Notes: generated by a model from the letters alone, not told the origin. A DNA stretch of 64,000 nucleotides from an uncultured virus (IMG/VR IMGVR_UViG_3300043438_001900) (IMGVR_UViG_3300043438_001900), one strand, 5' to 3'. Shown: positions 10,194 to 21,290, numbered from the stretch's first letter. Made by a program: numbers and translations.

Positions 10194-10910
10194 TTGAGAA
10201 AATCAACTGTAAAATCCGGAATAGTAGACGAAAAAAAGAATCTACCTAAAAAAGAAAGAATTAGACAACTTATCAAACAACCAAAAGAGAAGTTTCTAAC
10301 TAAACACCAAGAACAATATTGGAACATTTTAAGTGAAAATGAAATCACTTTATGTTTTGGTCCTGCAGGTGTGGGTAAATCTTATATCGCAATGAAACGT
10401 GCGGTTGACTTGTTATGGGATGACACCAATAAGTACGAAAAAATTATCATTGTAAGACCAGCAGTAGAGGCGGAAGAAAAACTCGGTTCTCTACCGGGTG
10501 GTTTAGAGGAAAAACTTGACCCATACATTTATCCGTCATATTATCTATTAAATAAAATTATAGGTAAAGAGGCAAGAGAAAAACTTAAAGAAGAAGGGTT
10601 CATTGAAGTTGCAGCCCTTGCATACATGAGGGGATGGAACGTTGATAACACTATCCTTGTATTTGAAGAGGCACAAAACACAACTCCAGCACAAATGAAA
10701 CTTCTTTTAACGAGAATCGGGTTTAACTCCAAATTCTTCATTTCAGGGGATTTAGACCAATCGGATAAATTTAAAGATAAAACTAAAACAGGATTATACG
10801 ATGCCAAGGTTAGACTTGGGGATATCAGAAATGTCGGCATTTTTGAATTCGATATGGATGATATTGTTCGTAACCCTATAATCTCTCAAATATTAAAAAG
10901 GTACGAATAA
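10194..10910 (+). CDS. phoH: PhoH-family ATPase
   Basis: GPAGVGKS, RPAVE, LGSLPG, YMRG, EEAQN, GDLDQSD, DIVRNP. Confidence 0.95.
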   Translation: MRKSTVKSGIVDEKKNLPKKERIRQLIKQPKEKFLTKHQEQYWNILSENEITLCFGPAGVGKSYIAMKRAVDLLWDDTNKYEKIIIVRPAVEAEEKLGSLPGGLEEKLDPYIYPSYYLLNKIIGKEAREKLKEEGFIEVAALAYMRGWNVDNTILVFEEAQNTTPAQMKLLLTRIGFNSKFFISGDLDQSDKFKDKTKTGLYDAKVRLGDIRNVGIFEFDMDDIVRNPIISQILKRYE

Positions 10911-10949
10911 ACCTTTACTTATAATATTTTTTAAATTATATTTTCCTTT

Positions 10950-11627
10950 ATGGAAGTATATGTTAGTATTGATGGTGTGTTGAGGAACATGCTACAAAAA
11001 TTCGATTATCATTATAAAGATTACTTTGTTGATACGGAGTCAGAAACTGAAGAAACATTTGAATATTCAGTTTCTGAACCCGTTTTAAATGATGATGTAT
11101 TGAATTCATACAAATTTCAATCAAATGAAGAATTCTTAAAATTCTTATATCTTGATTTCCCGATTGAAATTTTTGGTCACGCGGGTTTGAGTTATAATCA
11201 GGCGGTGACAGAATTAAACACGTTGATTTTCGAAAATCCTGACGTTAAATTCACATTAATTGGTTTAAGTGAAAAAGCCAAAGCCAAACCATCAACATTA
11301 TTTTTCTTATCACGTAACGGAGTAATCTGTGACAACATATCATTTTCTAAAATAGAAAACGTGAATGAACTTTGGAGAAAGTGTGACTTATGGATTACTG
11401 ACGACAGAAGAATTATAGAGTCGTGTCCACCAAAAAAGAAAGTGGTAAAATTTAATACCGCATTCAATAATCACTTTACAAATACCTTAAAAATAAATAA
11501 ATTATCAGAAATAAAAAAAGAATGGTTGAAATTTTCGGAAAAAACTATTACATCGACATTGATGGAATTACTAACAAATGTCAAACAGGCAGTACAATCA
11601 AAAATGAAGACGGTACAGAAACCTTAG
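10950..11627 (+). CDS. HAD-fold 5'(3')-nucleotidase-like protein (first Asp not conserved)
   Basis: VSIDGVL N-terminus; DLWITDD and FNTAFN C-terminal motifs. Confidence 0.5.
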   Translation: MEVYVSIDGVLRNMLQKFDYHYKDYFVDTESETEETFEYSVSEPVLNDDVLNSYKFQSNEEFLKFLYLDFPIEIFGHAGLSYNQAVTELNTLIFENPDVKFTLIGLSEKAKAKPSTLFFLSRNGVICDNISFSKIENVNELWRKCDLWITDDRRIIESCPPKKKVVKFNTAFNNHFTNTLKINKLSEIKKEWLKFSEKTITSTLMELLTNVKQAVQSKMKTVQKP

Positions 11628-11806
11628 AAATAAATTTGTTCAAGTATGAAACAATTAAAATGTGTCTTGACAGGGTTCTAAATGAATACGAGGAACCCGG
11701 AGAAGGAAGTATTGGATTGTTTGGACAAAATGAACTATCCATATCATTTAAAATTGCATTTAACACCCTAATCAAATATCAAATCTTACAAGAAGATGAT
11801 GAATAA
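11522..11806 (+). CDS. Hypothetical protein
   Basis: 94-aa ORF coupled to the next gene. Confidence 0.55.
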   Translation: MVEIFGKNYYIDIDGITNKCQTGSTIKNEDGTETLEINLFKYETIKMCLDRVLNEYEEPGEGSIGLFGQNELSISFKIAFNTLIKYQILQEDDE

Positions 11807-12863
11807 AAATAAAGAAAACATAGAAAAACTAGAAAGTTCATTAAGTAAATTAAACTCTAATGAACACACAATCTATTTCTTGACATATGACACAAGAAAT
11901 AACGCAAGAGCATCAGTTAAACATATCTACGATATGGCATTGACATTAAAAGAATCGGGATATAACTCGAAAATCTTGGTTGAAGATAAAACATACACAG
12001 GTATCAATGCTTGGTTAGGTGACAAATATGACTCATTAGAGGTTGTCACCATTAAAGACGATAGAGTTGAAATCAAAATTGAGGATACCATTGTGGTTCC
12101 TGAATATTATTCAAACGTGTTGGAAAGTTTGGCTAATATTAAATGTGTTAAAGTAATGCTGGTTCAACAAAAAGAATACCTGTTCGAAACATTACCAATT
12201 GGTAGTCGTTGGTCCGATTATGGTTTTGATAGGGCAATTACAACAACCGACCTATCTAAAAAATACATTATGGAGAACTTCAATGAAGCATTGGTTCATA
12301 TTATTCCACCTATGATAAGTGATAATTTTACTCCATCGGAAAAAATGGCAAAACCAATTATTGCCATTTTATGTAGAGACCGTTCAATCAATAAGAAATT
12401 GATTTCTGAATTCTACATTAGATACCCACATTTAAGGTGGATTACATTCAGAGACATGAACCAAATGACTTATGAAGAGTTTTCAGACAACCTTAAAGAG
12501 TGTTTGGTTTCTGTTTGGGTTGATGATGACTCAACATTCGGAACTTTTCCATTAGAATCGATGAAATGTGAGGTACCAGTAATTGGTAAAATCCCAAAGA
12601 ACGAACCCGATTGGATTGGTGAAAATGGTATGTGGACATACGATGAATCTAAATTAACTGAAATCCTTGGTAAGTTCGTTTTAGCGTGGTTAGAAGGTGT
12701 TGAGATTAATGACGAGGTAAAACAAAAAATGAAAGAGTCATTATTACCTTACGATTCTGAGATTACAAAAACCAACATAATCTCAATTTTCAATTCATTT
12801 AAAAATAACAGAGTTCAAGCCATCGAAAAGGCATTAGAAAAATTAAACAGCGAGGAAGTATAA
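11796..12863 (+). CDS. Glycosyltransferase-like (GT-B)
   Basis: IVVPE; TFGTFPLESMKCEVPVIG resembles the GT4 EgFglpplEAMacG motif. Confidence 0.7.
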   Translation: MMNKNKENIEKLESSLSKLNSNEHTIYFLTYDTRNNARASVKHIYDMALTLKESGYNSKILVEDKTYTGINAWLGDKYDSLEVVTIKDDRVEIKIEDTIVVPEYYSNVLESLANIKCVKVMLVQQKEYLFETLPIGSRWSDYGFDRAITTTDLSKKYIMENFNEALVHIIPPMISDNFTPSEKMAKPIIAILCRDRSINKKLISEFYIRYPHLRWITFRDMNQMTYEEFSDNLKECLVSVWVDDDSTFGTFPLESMKCEVPVIGKIPKNEPDWIGENGMWTYDESKLTEILGKFVLAWLEGVEINDEVKQKMKESLLPYDSEITKTNIISIFNSFKNNRVQAIEKALEKLNSEEV

Positions 12864-12865
12864 CC

Positions 12866-13645
12866 ATGAAAAATATAACAGTAATATTACCAATTCATAA
12901 ATGGGACGAAGAATACTCAACGATGTATGAGAATTCAGTTAAGTCCGTAGAACAATTTTACAATGACGTTAAATTAATCGTTGTGGGACCATCTACAGTA
13001 ACATCAAAAATTACATTTACATCGGATAAATTAGAAACTAAAATTGTGGTAAACGAAGGTTTAACAGATTTTTGTAGTCAAGTTAACTTGGGAATCGATA
13101 ATTGTGAAACCGAATGGTTTTCACTTTTAGAAGTTGATGATGAGTATAAATCATCGTGGTTGAAGTCTATGGACTCCTACATGAAAGAAAACCCAACGGC
13201 TGAGGTCTTCTTACCAATCGTAAGAGATATCAACGTAGAGGGTAAATTCTTGAGTTATACAAATGAGTCTACTTGGGCGTATGGTTTTACTGAGAAACAA
13301 GGCACTCTTGATAATGAGGCACTTTTAGACTATCAAAATTTTCAAATCAGTGGTGGATTGTATAAAACATCTGTGATTAAAGAACAAGGTAAGTTAAAAG
13401 ACAACATCAAATTAACTTTTGGGTATGAGTTCTTATTAAGATTAACACACAATAACATTGTGGTTATGACAGTACCTAAAATCGGATATCAACACGTTAA
13501 CTTCAGAGAGGATTCTTTGTTTTGGTCATATAAAAACGATGAAACAATAAAGATGACAGAGAATGAGGTTAAATTTTGGTTAGAGACCGCAAAGAAAGAG
13601 TTTTTCTTTAAAAATAAACGAGACATAAATTATGTAAATAACTAA
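12866..13645 (+). CDS. Glycosyltransferase family 2-like
   Basis: ITVILPIH, VNLGI, WFSLLEVDDEY, YEFLLRL. Confidence 0.75.
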   Translation: MKNITVILPIHKWDEEYSTMYENSVKSVEQFYNDVKLIVVGPSTVTSKITFTSDKLETKIVVNEGLTDFCSQVNLGIDNCETEWFSLLEVDDEYKSSWLKSMDSYMKENPTAEVFLPIVRDINVEGKFLSYTNESTWAYGFTEKQGTLDNEALLDYQNFQISGGLYKTSVIKEQGKLKDNIKLTFGYEFLLRLTHNNIVVMTVPKIGYQHVNFREDSLFWSYKNDETIKMTENEVKFWLETAKKEFFFKNKRDINYVNN

Positions 13646-13647
13646 AA

Positions 13648-14346
13648 ATGCCACGCAAACGTACCCAAAAAATATATTTTGGGGAGGACCAAGAACAAGC
13701 GGTGGTACGATATCTAGAATCAGAATCCGAATCAGAAAAGAATAAGATATTCAATGAATATTTAAGAGAACCTCTCATTATAATGGTTGAAAGTATCATT
13801 CGACGTTATAAATTATATAGAAAAAATTTAGAATTTGTGGACATCCACACTGATACAATGTCCTTTTTGATTACTAAAATCAATAAGTTCGACCATACAA
13901 AGAACCATAAGGCGTATTCGTACTTTGGTACCATTTGTAAGAACTATTTGATGGGGGCAATCCAAAAAGACACTAAGGAACAAAATAGAAGTGTTTCCTA
14001 TGACGATATTTCATCATCATTAGAAGAGAGTCCTGAACACTCCTATGTCATCGATGAAACTCATGTTGATTATAGGGACGTTATCATAAAGTTCAACATC
14101 CAAATGGAGGAATTTATGGAATCGGAAGAATTAACTGATAATGAACAAAAGTTAGGATATGCCCTTTTAGAAATCTTTGGCAATTTTGATAAAATCTTCC
14201 AAATAGGAGATGGAAACAAATTCAATAAGAACCTGATACTCTTATCTTTAAGGGAGATGACCTCCTTATCAACTAAGGAAATAAGGATATCTCTTAGAAA
14301 ATACAGAAAATTATACGAAGGTGTAATGTTAGGGTTCATAAATTAA
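13648..14346 (+). CDS. Phage sigma factor, T4 gp55-like (putative late sigma)
   Basis: Region-2-like KINKFDHTKNHKAYSYFGTICKNYL; C-terminal HTH-like LREMTSLSTKEI. Confidence 0.65.
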   Translation: MPRKRTQKIYFGEDQEQAVVRYLESESESEKNKIFNEYLREPLIIMVESIIRRYKLYRKNLEFVDIHTDTMSFLITKINKFDHTKNHKAYSYFGTICKNYLMGAIQKDTKEQNRSVSYDDISSSLEESPEHSYVIDETHVDYRDVIIKFNIQMEEFMESEELTDNEQKLGYALLEIFGNFDKIFQIGDGNKFNKNLILLSLREMTSLSTKEIRISLRKYRKLYEGVMLGFIN

Positions 14347-14367
14347 AAATAACCCTATTTATAGTGT

Positions 14368-14742
14368 ATGAGAGAGAGAAAAAATATCATAGCACTCGAT
14401 ACAGACTCAGCGTTAGCGTTGATGCAGGAAATCTACAATGATATTGTGGAGCAAAAAAACACCGCATCAATGATAACGAAGAAAATGTTAACCTTCATGA
14501 AAGATGCGGAGGATATGAGTGTAATTGGTCCTGTTATTAAGGAACAACAAAAAATACTAAACGACTGTACCGAGAAGAAGATTTCGTTGGTTAAGTTACA
14601 AAGTGCATTATTAAAACAAACTCAAGGAACGGGCGCAAATTCTGGTGGTAAATTAAGTTTAACAGACGAAGATAGAACTCTTCTTGAGAAATTAATGAAT
14701 GAACCCGACGACGAACCAAAACAAGGAACTTATAGAACGTAA
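14368..14742 (+). CDS. Hypothetical coiled-coil protein
   Basis: 124-aa ORF; TATTTAT upstream. Confidence 0.6.
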   Translation: MRERKNIIALDTDSALALMQEIYNDIVEQKNTASMITKKMLTFMKDAEDMSVIGPVIKEQQKILNDCTEKKISLVKLQSALLKQTQGTGANSGGKLSLTDEDRTLLEKLMNEPDDEPKQGTYRT

Positions 14743-16691
14743 TGAGCAAGTTAAAAAATACCAAAAAGAAGTTAGTTTCGAGGATTGAGGGAATCAAAAA
14801 AATAAGTGATGACCCAAAAACATTAGCAGATAATACTTCGGATACCTATTTAGGAAATATTCCGTCAGCGGAAGACTTTGTTGGTAAAAAACTTGATGCG
14901 TTAAAAAAGAAAAGAGCACAGAAAAAAGAAAACAAAAAAGACATTTTTAGTGAGTTACTTGAAGTTGTTGAACAATTTTTAGGTACCGAAAAGAAGTCTT
15001 CAGGTAATCAAACCGATACCGTACAAAGTGGTACAACCACCAACCCCGTTAAGAACAAAGATAAAAAAAGATTAACCCAACACGCATTATCAGCATCTGA
15101 CACAACATTAAGTCAGGCAAAAGAAATTGTGGTTAAAAGATTATCGGAGGCACTTTTTTTAGGGGATGGAATTTGTGGTACCGAATCAGTATTCAATGTG
15201 GATGCAATTAGTATCAAACCAGAAGAATTCGATGTTTTGGATATTCTTACAATTGACCCCGAAACTTCTTGTGGTCAAATCATCTATGAACCAAAAAGTC
15301 CCGATAAGAATAAAGAAAAGGTAAATAGGGAACTATATAATTCCTTCAGTGGAGGTACCTATACGTTTACTTCAAATAACGGTAACGATTTGTTTACCTC
15401 AACATGGAATCAAACAAATCAAGAATTCCAAATCACAGGATTAACACAGGGAGCGACCGGTGTAACCAAAGTACAAGATTTTATTAACGATTATTATTCA
15501 TCTCTCGAACTACCCGATGGGGAGGCAATTGCCAAAACGGCAATGTTACTAACCATCCAAGGAGGAGGTAAATGTGGTAAATCTAAAAAATTTGATGCAT
15601 CATTAAATAATTTAGATAGACTAATAAAAAAATTACTTTCGATTTGTGGTTCAGAAACCAAAACAGATGAGTTAAAAAATCAAAATGCCGTTAATATGTT
15701 TGATGAATCGGAAGAAGACATTGAGTTTTATTTTGATTTTGATGACGTTGAAGGGATTGATTTAGATGACGAGGATTTAAGATATAGAAGAGTACTAAGA
15801 TTCAAAGATTGTTACAATTTTGAAATTGACGTAGATGATACTCACATTGAGGACTTTGTTTACTTAGTAAAGAATAAAGACCCTAAACAGGCGATTAACG
15901 AGGCACTTAATAAAGTTGCCACGGATGCGAGTGAACAATCTGATGGGTCTCTTTCAATATCTGATTTGTTAAATAACTTATTAAATAATTTTATCCTTAG
16001 TTTACCAAAGGCATTAATTATGACGGTTTTATCTGCAAAGGTTTTTTTACCACTAATAATGATTTATAAAATTTTCAAACAAATGGCCCTAAATGTTGTG
16101 ATAAACATAAAGGAATTAATGAAAAAGTTTTATAAGGCGATTAGTTTAATTATAAAAGATTTGTTTTGGATTTTTATCCGCGCATTTTGGAACTTAGTTA
16201 AGATTGATTTAATTGCATTTGTGACTAAATTAGTTCAAAAAATTATTAAAAGAAAATACAAGAGATATCTGTTGATTATCACATCCCTTCTGGCGTTACT
16301 TAAAAAAATATCAGAAACGGAAATGGATAGTTGTTATGAGATATTTCAGACAATCTTGGATACTATAACAGGGGCCATTAATATGAAAACACCCCTTACT
16401 GTTCCAAGTTTTCTTTTATTTGTTGCAGACTCGGCACCGGGTTATAGTCAAGATAGGGCGTTTTTGAATATTGTAGAAAGGTTAGAATCCGCAGGGGTAC
16501 CAACAGGTCCAATCTACGGTGAAAGTAATGACGTGTTAACATTAGTTAAATCCGTTATTGATGGACACACAGAAGAAGAAGATACGAATTCATTTATAAA
16601 AATTGTTCTAAAAGGTGGAATATTACCAGGACCTACAGGTGGTGCGGTAATTCCTCCGGCATTAATATCTGGAGTTGGTAAAAAGTTTTAA
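14742..16691 (+). CDS. Hypothetical (probable virion) protein
   Basis: 649-aa ORF with a long hydrophobic helical region; next to baseplate-like gene. Confidence 0.55.
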   Translation: MSKLKNTKKKLVSRIEGIKKISDDPKTLADNTSDTYLGNIPSAEDFVGKKLDALKKKRAQKKENKKDIFSELLEVVEQFLGTEKKSSGNQTDTVQSGTTTNPVKNKDKKRLTQHALSASDTTLSQAKEIVVKRLSEALFLGDGICGTESVFNVDAISIKPEEFDVLDILTIDPETSCGQIIYEPKSPDKNKEKVNRELYNSFSGGTYTFTSNNGNDLFTSTWNQTNQEFQITGLTQGATGVTKVQDFINDYYSSLELPDGEAIAKTAMLLTIQGGGKCGKSKKFDASLNNLDRLIKKLLSICGSETKTDELKNQNAVNMFDESEEDIEFYFDFDDVEGIDLDDEDLRYRRVLRFKDCYNFEIDVDDTHIEDFVYLVKNKDPKQAINEALNKVATDASEQSDGSLSISDLLNNLLNNFILSLPKALIMTVLSAKVFLPLIMIYKIFKQMALNVVINIKELMKKFYKAISLIIKDLFWIFIRAFWNLVKIDLIAFVTKLVQKIIKRKYKRYLLIITSLLALLKKISETEMDSCYEIFQTILDTITGAINMKTPLTVPSFLLFVADSAPGYSQDRAFLNIVERLESAGVPTGPIYGESNDVLTLVKSVIDGHTEEEDTNSFIKIVLKGGILPGPTGGAVIPPALISGVGKKF

Positions 16692-16692
16692 T

Positions 16693-16893
16693 ATGGAAAA
16701 AGAAAAATTATTAGACGTAATTGAAAATGTAAAAGATAAATCAAACAAAGATTTATTAGACGCAGAAGGTTTCTTATTTGAGGAACATGAAAAAACAAAA
16801 GAGTTAATCATAGAATTAACTCGACATTTAGATGGAATCGCAGATTTACATTCTAAAGTCGTTAAAGAAATTGAAAATAGAAAAGTAATATGA
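16693..16893 (+). CDS. Hypothetical protein
   Basis: 66-aa ORF from ATG 16693, coupled to neighbours. Confidence 0.55.
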   Translation: MEKEKLLDVIENVKDKSNKDLLDAEGFLFEEHEKTKELIIELTRHLDGIADLHSKVVKEIENRKVI

Positions 16894-18449
16894 AAATAAT
16901 AGATTTAGGTGTCTGTATCGATAACAACGACCCAAAAGTTTTGGGTAGAATACGTTGTATTGGTTATGATGATTATGTTTCAGGTAAAGAGAATTACAAA
17001 AAGTACACTCCATATGACGAGAATGACCCTTTTGTTGCCTTACCGTTTTTACCTAACAATATTAATTTTATACCTGAAGTTAACCAAACAGTAAAAGTAT
17101 TAAGATATAACACGGAAAAAACAACCGTGAACCAAGAATACATTGCCGGTCCATTTACTACAAGATACGATTATTCATCACAAACGTTTTCACAACAAAT
17201 TGCACCAACAACCTTTGGTGTTGGGGTAAAGAAAAAGAAGGATATATTTAAAAACGGGTCATTACCACCTGATTGTGCAAATACCTTAGCAAAAAATACG
17301 GATTACGCAATTTCAGGTAAGTACGGTTCGGATGTTTTAATGACAGAAGGTGGTTTAGTTTTAAGGGGTGGTAAATTATTGTCAAAACAAAGTGCGTCAG
17401 CACCAGAAAGAGAACGATTAGCGGATTTTCCATTATCATCTAAAAAGGTTGCCAAATTACAACTTAAAAAATTCCCCGAAAAAAGAATTAGTAAGATTGA
17501 TATTGTTAAAAAAACAACATATGAAAATGCGAACTTAAAATACATTATTGAATATGATTTAGATAGCCTAACCTCACCTCAAATTGTTAGTTTCTTTGTA
17601 TATAAAATACAAGAAGGTACATATGGGGATTTATTTAAAACAAATACATTTACCGAATTCACCGATACATCAACATTACCTGTTGTCTTATTAAATTCAG
17701 ATAACACCACGACCACACCGACGTTGACTGTAGATATGTCAACAATGGTAGGTTTTAACGATTTTGGTGTTGATGGTAAAATCACATTAATTTGTTCTGA
17801 GATTAGGACTAAGTTATTAAAAATTAAAGAGGATGGTTTTATTGGTTTATTTAATGCGGATGTAAATAAAAAATTTAGTAATCCCGAAGAATTAACTAAC
17901 ATTTATCCGTTCTTTTTTAGACCTACCACTTCATTTAGAACAACTCAAACCAGTGACACAACCGTGTTAGAAAGAAAAGATGCGGTACTTTCAAATATTA
18001 GATTAGCGAAAGGTGTGGTACAAAGCGGTTTAGTTTGGTCAGCAATTCAATTTAAGGCTCCGTCATTCACCAAAGAGGAGGAAGTTGAAAAACTAATTAA
18101 AGATAGTTCATCAAGAGAACAGACATTTGGTAGTGTGGTTGCAGATAAGTTATACCTACTATCTACAGACACAAACTTTACAGGTAAAAGTATTGATTTT
18201 GAGAAATTGGATGGATACGAGTATACCCAAGAAAATTATTTAAACCTTATTGACCCAAATACGTATGGTGTCGTTAGGGGTGAGATTTTATTGGAATTTT
18301 TAAGGTCAATGTTCAACGTAATGTTGACACATACCCATAACATTAATAAACCATATGCGAGGACCGATTACGAGGCACATAACACTATGGCAGAACTTTA
18401 CAACAAACTTGAATCTGAGTTATTAAATAAATCGGTTAGAATCAACTAA
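16890..18449 (+). CDS. Baseplate hub/spike protein with gp5/VgrG-like N-terminal OB fold
   Basis: GVCIDNNDPKVLGRIRC...FIPEVNQTVKV; C-terminal HTH motif (THTH). Confidence 0.6.
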   Translation: MKIIDLGVCIDNNDPKVLGRIRCIGYDDYVSGKENYKKYTPYDENDPFVALPFLPNNINFIPEVNQTVKVLRYNTEKTTVNQEYIAGPFTTRYDYSSQTFSQQIAPTTFGVGVKKKKDIFKNGSLPPDCANTLAKNTDYAISGKYGSDVLMTEGGLVLRGGKLLSKQSASAPERERLADFPLSSKKVAKLQLKKFPEKRISKIDIVKKTTYENANLKYIIEYDLDSLTSPQIVSFFVYKIQEGTYGDLFKTNTFTEFTDTSTLPVVLLNSDNTTTTPTLTVDMSTMVGFNDFGVDGKITLICSEIRTKLLKIKEDGFIGLFNADVNKKFSNPEELTNIYPFFFRPTTSFRTTQTSDTTVLERKDAVLSNIRLAKGVVQSGLVWSAIQFKAPSFTKEEEVEKLIKDSSSREQTFGSVVADKLYLLSTDTNFTGKSIDFEKLDGYEYTQENYLNLIDPNTYGVVRGEILLEFLRSMFNVMLTHTHNINKPYARTDYEAHNTMAELYNKLESELLNKSVRIN

Positions 18450-18472
18450 TTTGATATTTATTAAATAAAAAG

Positions 18473-19849
18473 ATGTCATACTTCCGTTCATATTTTGAGA
18501 AGAACAATACCATACTTAAAAATAAGTCAGTAAATACGGCCAAAAACCCTACTACTGAGATATTTTATGGTTCAGGTTTTTCTAAGTTCCTTTTTAAAGT
18601 GGACTTCACAGATTTAATCAATAAAGTCACAAATGGTGATTTAGTAATTGATTCAAATACCAAACATTATTTAAAAATGACTAACACCGTATCGGGTGAT
18701 GCAACATTAGTTGGTCAGAAAAGAAATACAGGTAGAGAAAGAACAACTTCTTTCGATTTAATTGTATTCAAAATCCCCGAAAATTGGGATGAGGGTGTTG
18801 GTTTTGATTATGAAGATGGTGGGTACGACTACACCACGGGTAACGAAACTTTTGATGAAAGACCATCTAACTGGTATTATAGAACCACATTAAATCAATG
18901 GACAGCGGACGGTGTTTATGGTATTAACCCAACAGTTGTTGAGACTATCCACTTTGATAATGGAGATGAGAACATTGATGTCGATATCACTAATTATGTG
19001 AACGGTATCGTTGTCTCAGGTAACACTAACCATGGTATAGGTTTGGCATTTGCGGTCTTATATCAAGACCTAACCGCAGAATTCGACCAATCTGTTGCAT
19101 TTTTCACAAAATACACACAAACATTCTACGAACCATTTGTTGAGACTGTTTTTGAAGATAGAATTCAAGACCATAGACAGAGTTTCATTGGTGAGAGACA
19201 AAACAACCTTTATTTGTATGTAACAAAGGGAACCAACTTCTATGATTTGGATAATTTACCAACCGTAGATATATTGGACAGTTCAAGTAGCCCAATTTCG
19301 GGTTTAACGGGTCTCACAACGACTAAAATCAGAAAGGGTATATACAAGGTTACTTTTGGTATTTCAGGTCATCTATGTGACGGAAAACGATTCTTTTATG
19401 ATAAATGGAAGAATCTAACAATCGACGGTGTATCAATTGCCGATGTTGTACAAAAATTTGTACCAAAACCATTCACCGCACAATACTCATTTGGGGCAAA
19501 TCCCACGGAAATACAAAAATACGTTACTCAATTCTCGGGAATTAAACAAAACGAAAGAATCATCAGAGGAGAACTTAAAAAGATTGTTTTAGGATTCAAA
19601 TCAATTGATGTACCAAACGCTCAACTATTTGATGAGGTACATTATAGAATCTTCGTTAAAGAGGGTAGAACCAATGTAATAGTTAATGATTGGACCCAAG
19701 TTGACATGACGACTACTGAAAATTCATTCTACTTAGATACATCTTATATGATTCCGAGAGAGTACTTTATGGAATTTAAAGCAAAAACACATACTGAGGA
19801 GATTTTCTACGATGAGTATGTAAAATTTGAAATATTATCAGAAAAATAA
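18473..19849 (+). CDS. Probable virion structural protein
   Basis: 458 aa, beta-rich (WDEGVG, DITNYVN, NHGIGLAF); TATTTAT upstream. Confidence 0.5.
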   Translation: MSYFRSYFEKNNTILKNKSVNTAKNPTTEIFYGSGFSKFLFKVDFTDLINKVTNGDLVIDSNTKHYLKMTNTVSGDATLVGQKRNTGRERTTSFDLIVFKIPENWDEGVGFDYEDGGYDYTTGNETFDERPSNWYYRTTLNQWTADGVYGINPTVVETIHFDNGDENIDVDITNYVNGIVVSGNTNHGIGLAFAVLYQDLTAEFDQSVAFFTKYTQTFYEPFVETVFEDRIQDHRQSFIGERQNNLYLYVTKGTNFYDLDNLPTVDILDSSSSPISGLTGLTTTKIRKGIYKVTFGISGHLCDGKRFFYDKWKNLTIDGVSIADVVQKFVPKPFTAQYSFGANPTEIQKYVTQFSGIKQNERIIRGELKKIVLGFKSIDVPNAQLFDEVHYRIFVKEGRTNVIVNDWTQVDMTTTENSFYLDTSYMIPREYFMEFKAKTHTEEIFYDEYVKFEILSEK

Positions 19850-19864
19850 AAACAAGTTTAATAT

Positions 19865-20134
19865 ATGTCCGAAAATCAAAGTAGTATTACTGACACTTTC
19901 TTTACTAAATTAAAAGAACAATCGTTTACAATTATATTGTTGGTTGCGATGTTGTGGTATCAAAACAACACGTATAAAAACAATTTAGAGGGTTATAAAT
20001 TAATGATTAGAGAGAAGGATGATATAATATTAAAAATGATGACCACTGAGAGACAAATAATGCTTGAACGTAATGAACGTTTGATGGAACAAAGAGACGA
20101 CTATGTTGAAGAACTAATTAACTCAAAAAAATAA
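19865..20134 (+). CDS. Small membrane-anchored coiled-coil protein
   Basis: Hydrophobic FTIILLVAMLWY followed by coiled coil. Confidence 0.55.
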   Translation: MSENQSSITDTFFTKLKEQSFTIILLVAMLWYQNNTYKNNLEGYKLMIREKDDIILKMMTTERQIMLERNERLMEQRDDYVEELINSKK

Positions 20135-20147
20135 GGTATTTATAGTT

Positions 20148-20873
20148 ATGAAAAATTTAGAATCAATTATAAGAAAGAATCTTAAACAGATGATTTCAGA
20201 ACAACCTTCGGAAACTAACTACATGTTCTTTTCTAATTTAGAACAAATTAAAAGACAATGTGAAATGTTACTTGAGATGGACCACGCTGTTCTTGATAAT
20301 ATTATCATTAATGGGCACGATTGGGCTGATGACCATGTGTCTGAGGCAAAAAACAATATGGACCAAGTATTTGACTTTTTCATGAATGAAACCAAAAAAA
20401 GTGACAATCCCGATAACCTAAATGAAGAAGAATCAATTGATGAGGGTAAAAACAAACCAACAAATTCTAAATTGTGGTCTCGTGCAAAATCTTTAGCAAA
20501 ATCCAAATTTGATGTTTACCCCTCAGCATTGGCAAATGGTTGGGCGTCAAAATGGTATAAAGAACACGGTGGGGGATGGAGAAAAAAAACAAATGAAAGT
20601 ATTGATGGGTCAAAAAAAAATGATGACGTGTATCACAAGACATACACATCAGCAATTAATACTGCACTCGAATATGCCGAGAAAAAAGGTTACACATATG
20701 ACAAGGAAGAAGTTGCACGTGAAATTGGGATGGGTCCAAGAAAACCAAAAGATGGGGATACAAATCGTTTCACAATAAGTTTGAAAAAAGACGATAAGGA
20801 ACAAAAAAAATCACTTCATATACAAGTTTATGGTATGAAAGAGACATATGAACTAAATTGTTATATTAATTAA
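20148..20873 (+). CDS. Hypothetical modular protein (possible capsid-internal)
   Basis: 241 aa; basic module LWSRAKSLAKSKFDVYPSA...YKEHGGGW. Confidence 0.55.
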   Translation: MKNLESIIRKNLKQMISEQPSETNYMFFSNLEQIKRQCEMLLEMDHAVLDNIIINGHDWADDHVSEAKNNMDQVFDFFMNETKKSDNPDNLNEEESIDEGKNKPTNSKLWSRAKSLAKSKFDVYPSALANGWASKWYKEHGGGWRKKTNESIDGSKKNDDVYHKTYTSAINTALEYAEKKGYTYDKEEVAREIGMGPRKPKDGDTNRFTISLKKDDKEQKKSLHIQVYGMKETYELNCYIN

Positions 20874-20876
20874 TTT

Positions 20877-21290
20877 ATGAATATCATCGTATCTAAAGAA
20901 GATAAAGAGTACATCAATGAATGTCTTAAATCAGGTGAGGTTTTAAAAGAAGACCTTAGGCGTTGGTTTAAAGAAAAATGGGTTGATGTCAGTAAAAAGG
21001 TTGATGGTAAACATCCACCATGTGGTAGAAAGGATGCCGATGGTAAATCGTATCCAAAATGTAGACCTTCAAAGAAAGTCTCAAAGGAAACCCCAAAAGT
21101 TGTATCATCTTATAGTAAAAAAGAAAAGAAATCCATGACCACACAAAAAAGACGTGCGGAAAAGGAAGACCCAAAAATTGGTAAAGGAAATAAACCTACC
21201 ATGACAAGATTCGATGAGGAAATAAAAAAAAGACAACTAATCAAAATAACCGAGGAACAATTTAAAAAATTGTTTGAATCAAAAAAATAA
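20877..21290 (+). CDS. Basic phage protein (LRRWFKEKWVD...CGR...YPKCRP)
   Basis: 137-aa ORF; C-terminus duplicated at the start of 22200..22604. Confidence 0.6.
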   Translation: MNIIVSKEDKEYINECLKSGEVLKEDLRRWFKEKWVDVSKKVDGKHPPCGRKDADGKSYPKCRPSKKVSKETPKVVSSYSKKEKKSMTTQKRRAEKEDPKIGKGNKPTMTRFDEEIKKRQLIKITEEQFKKLFESKK

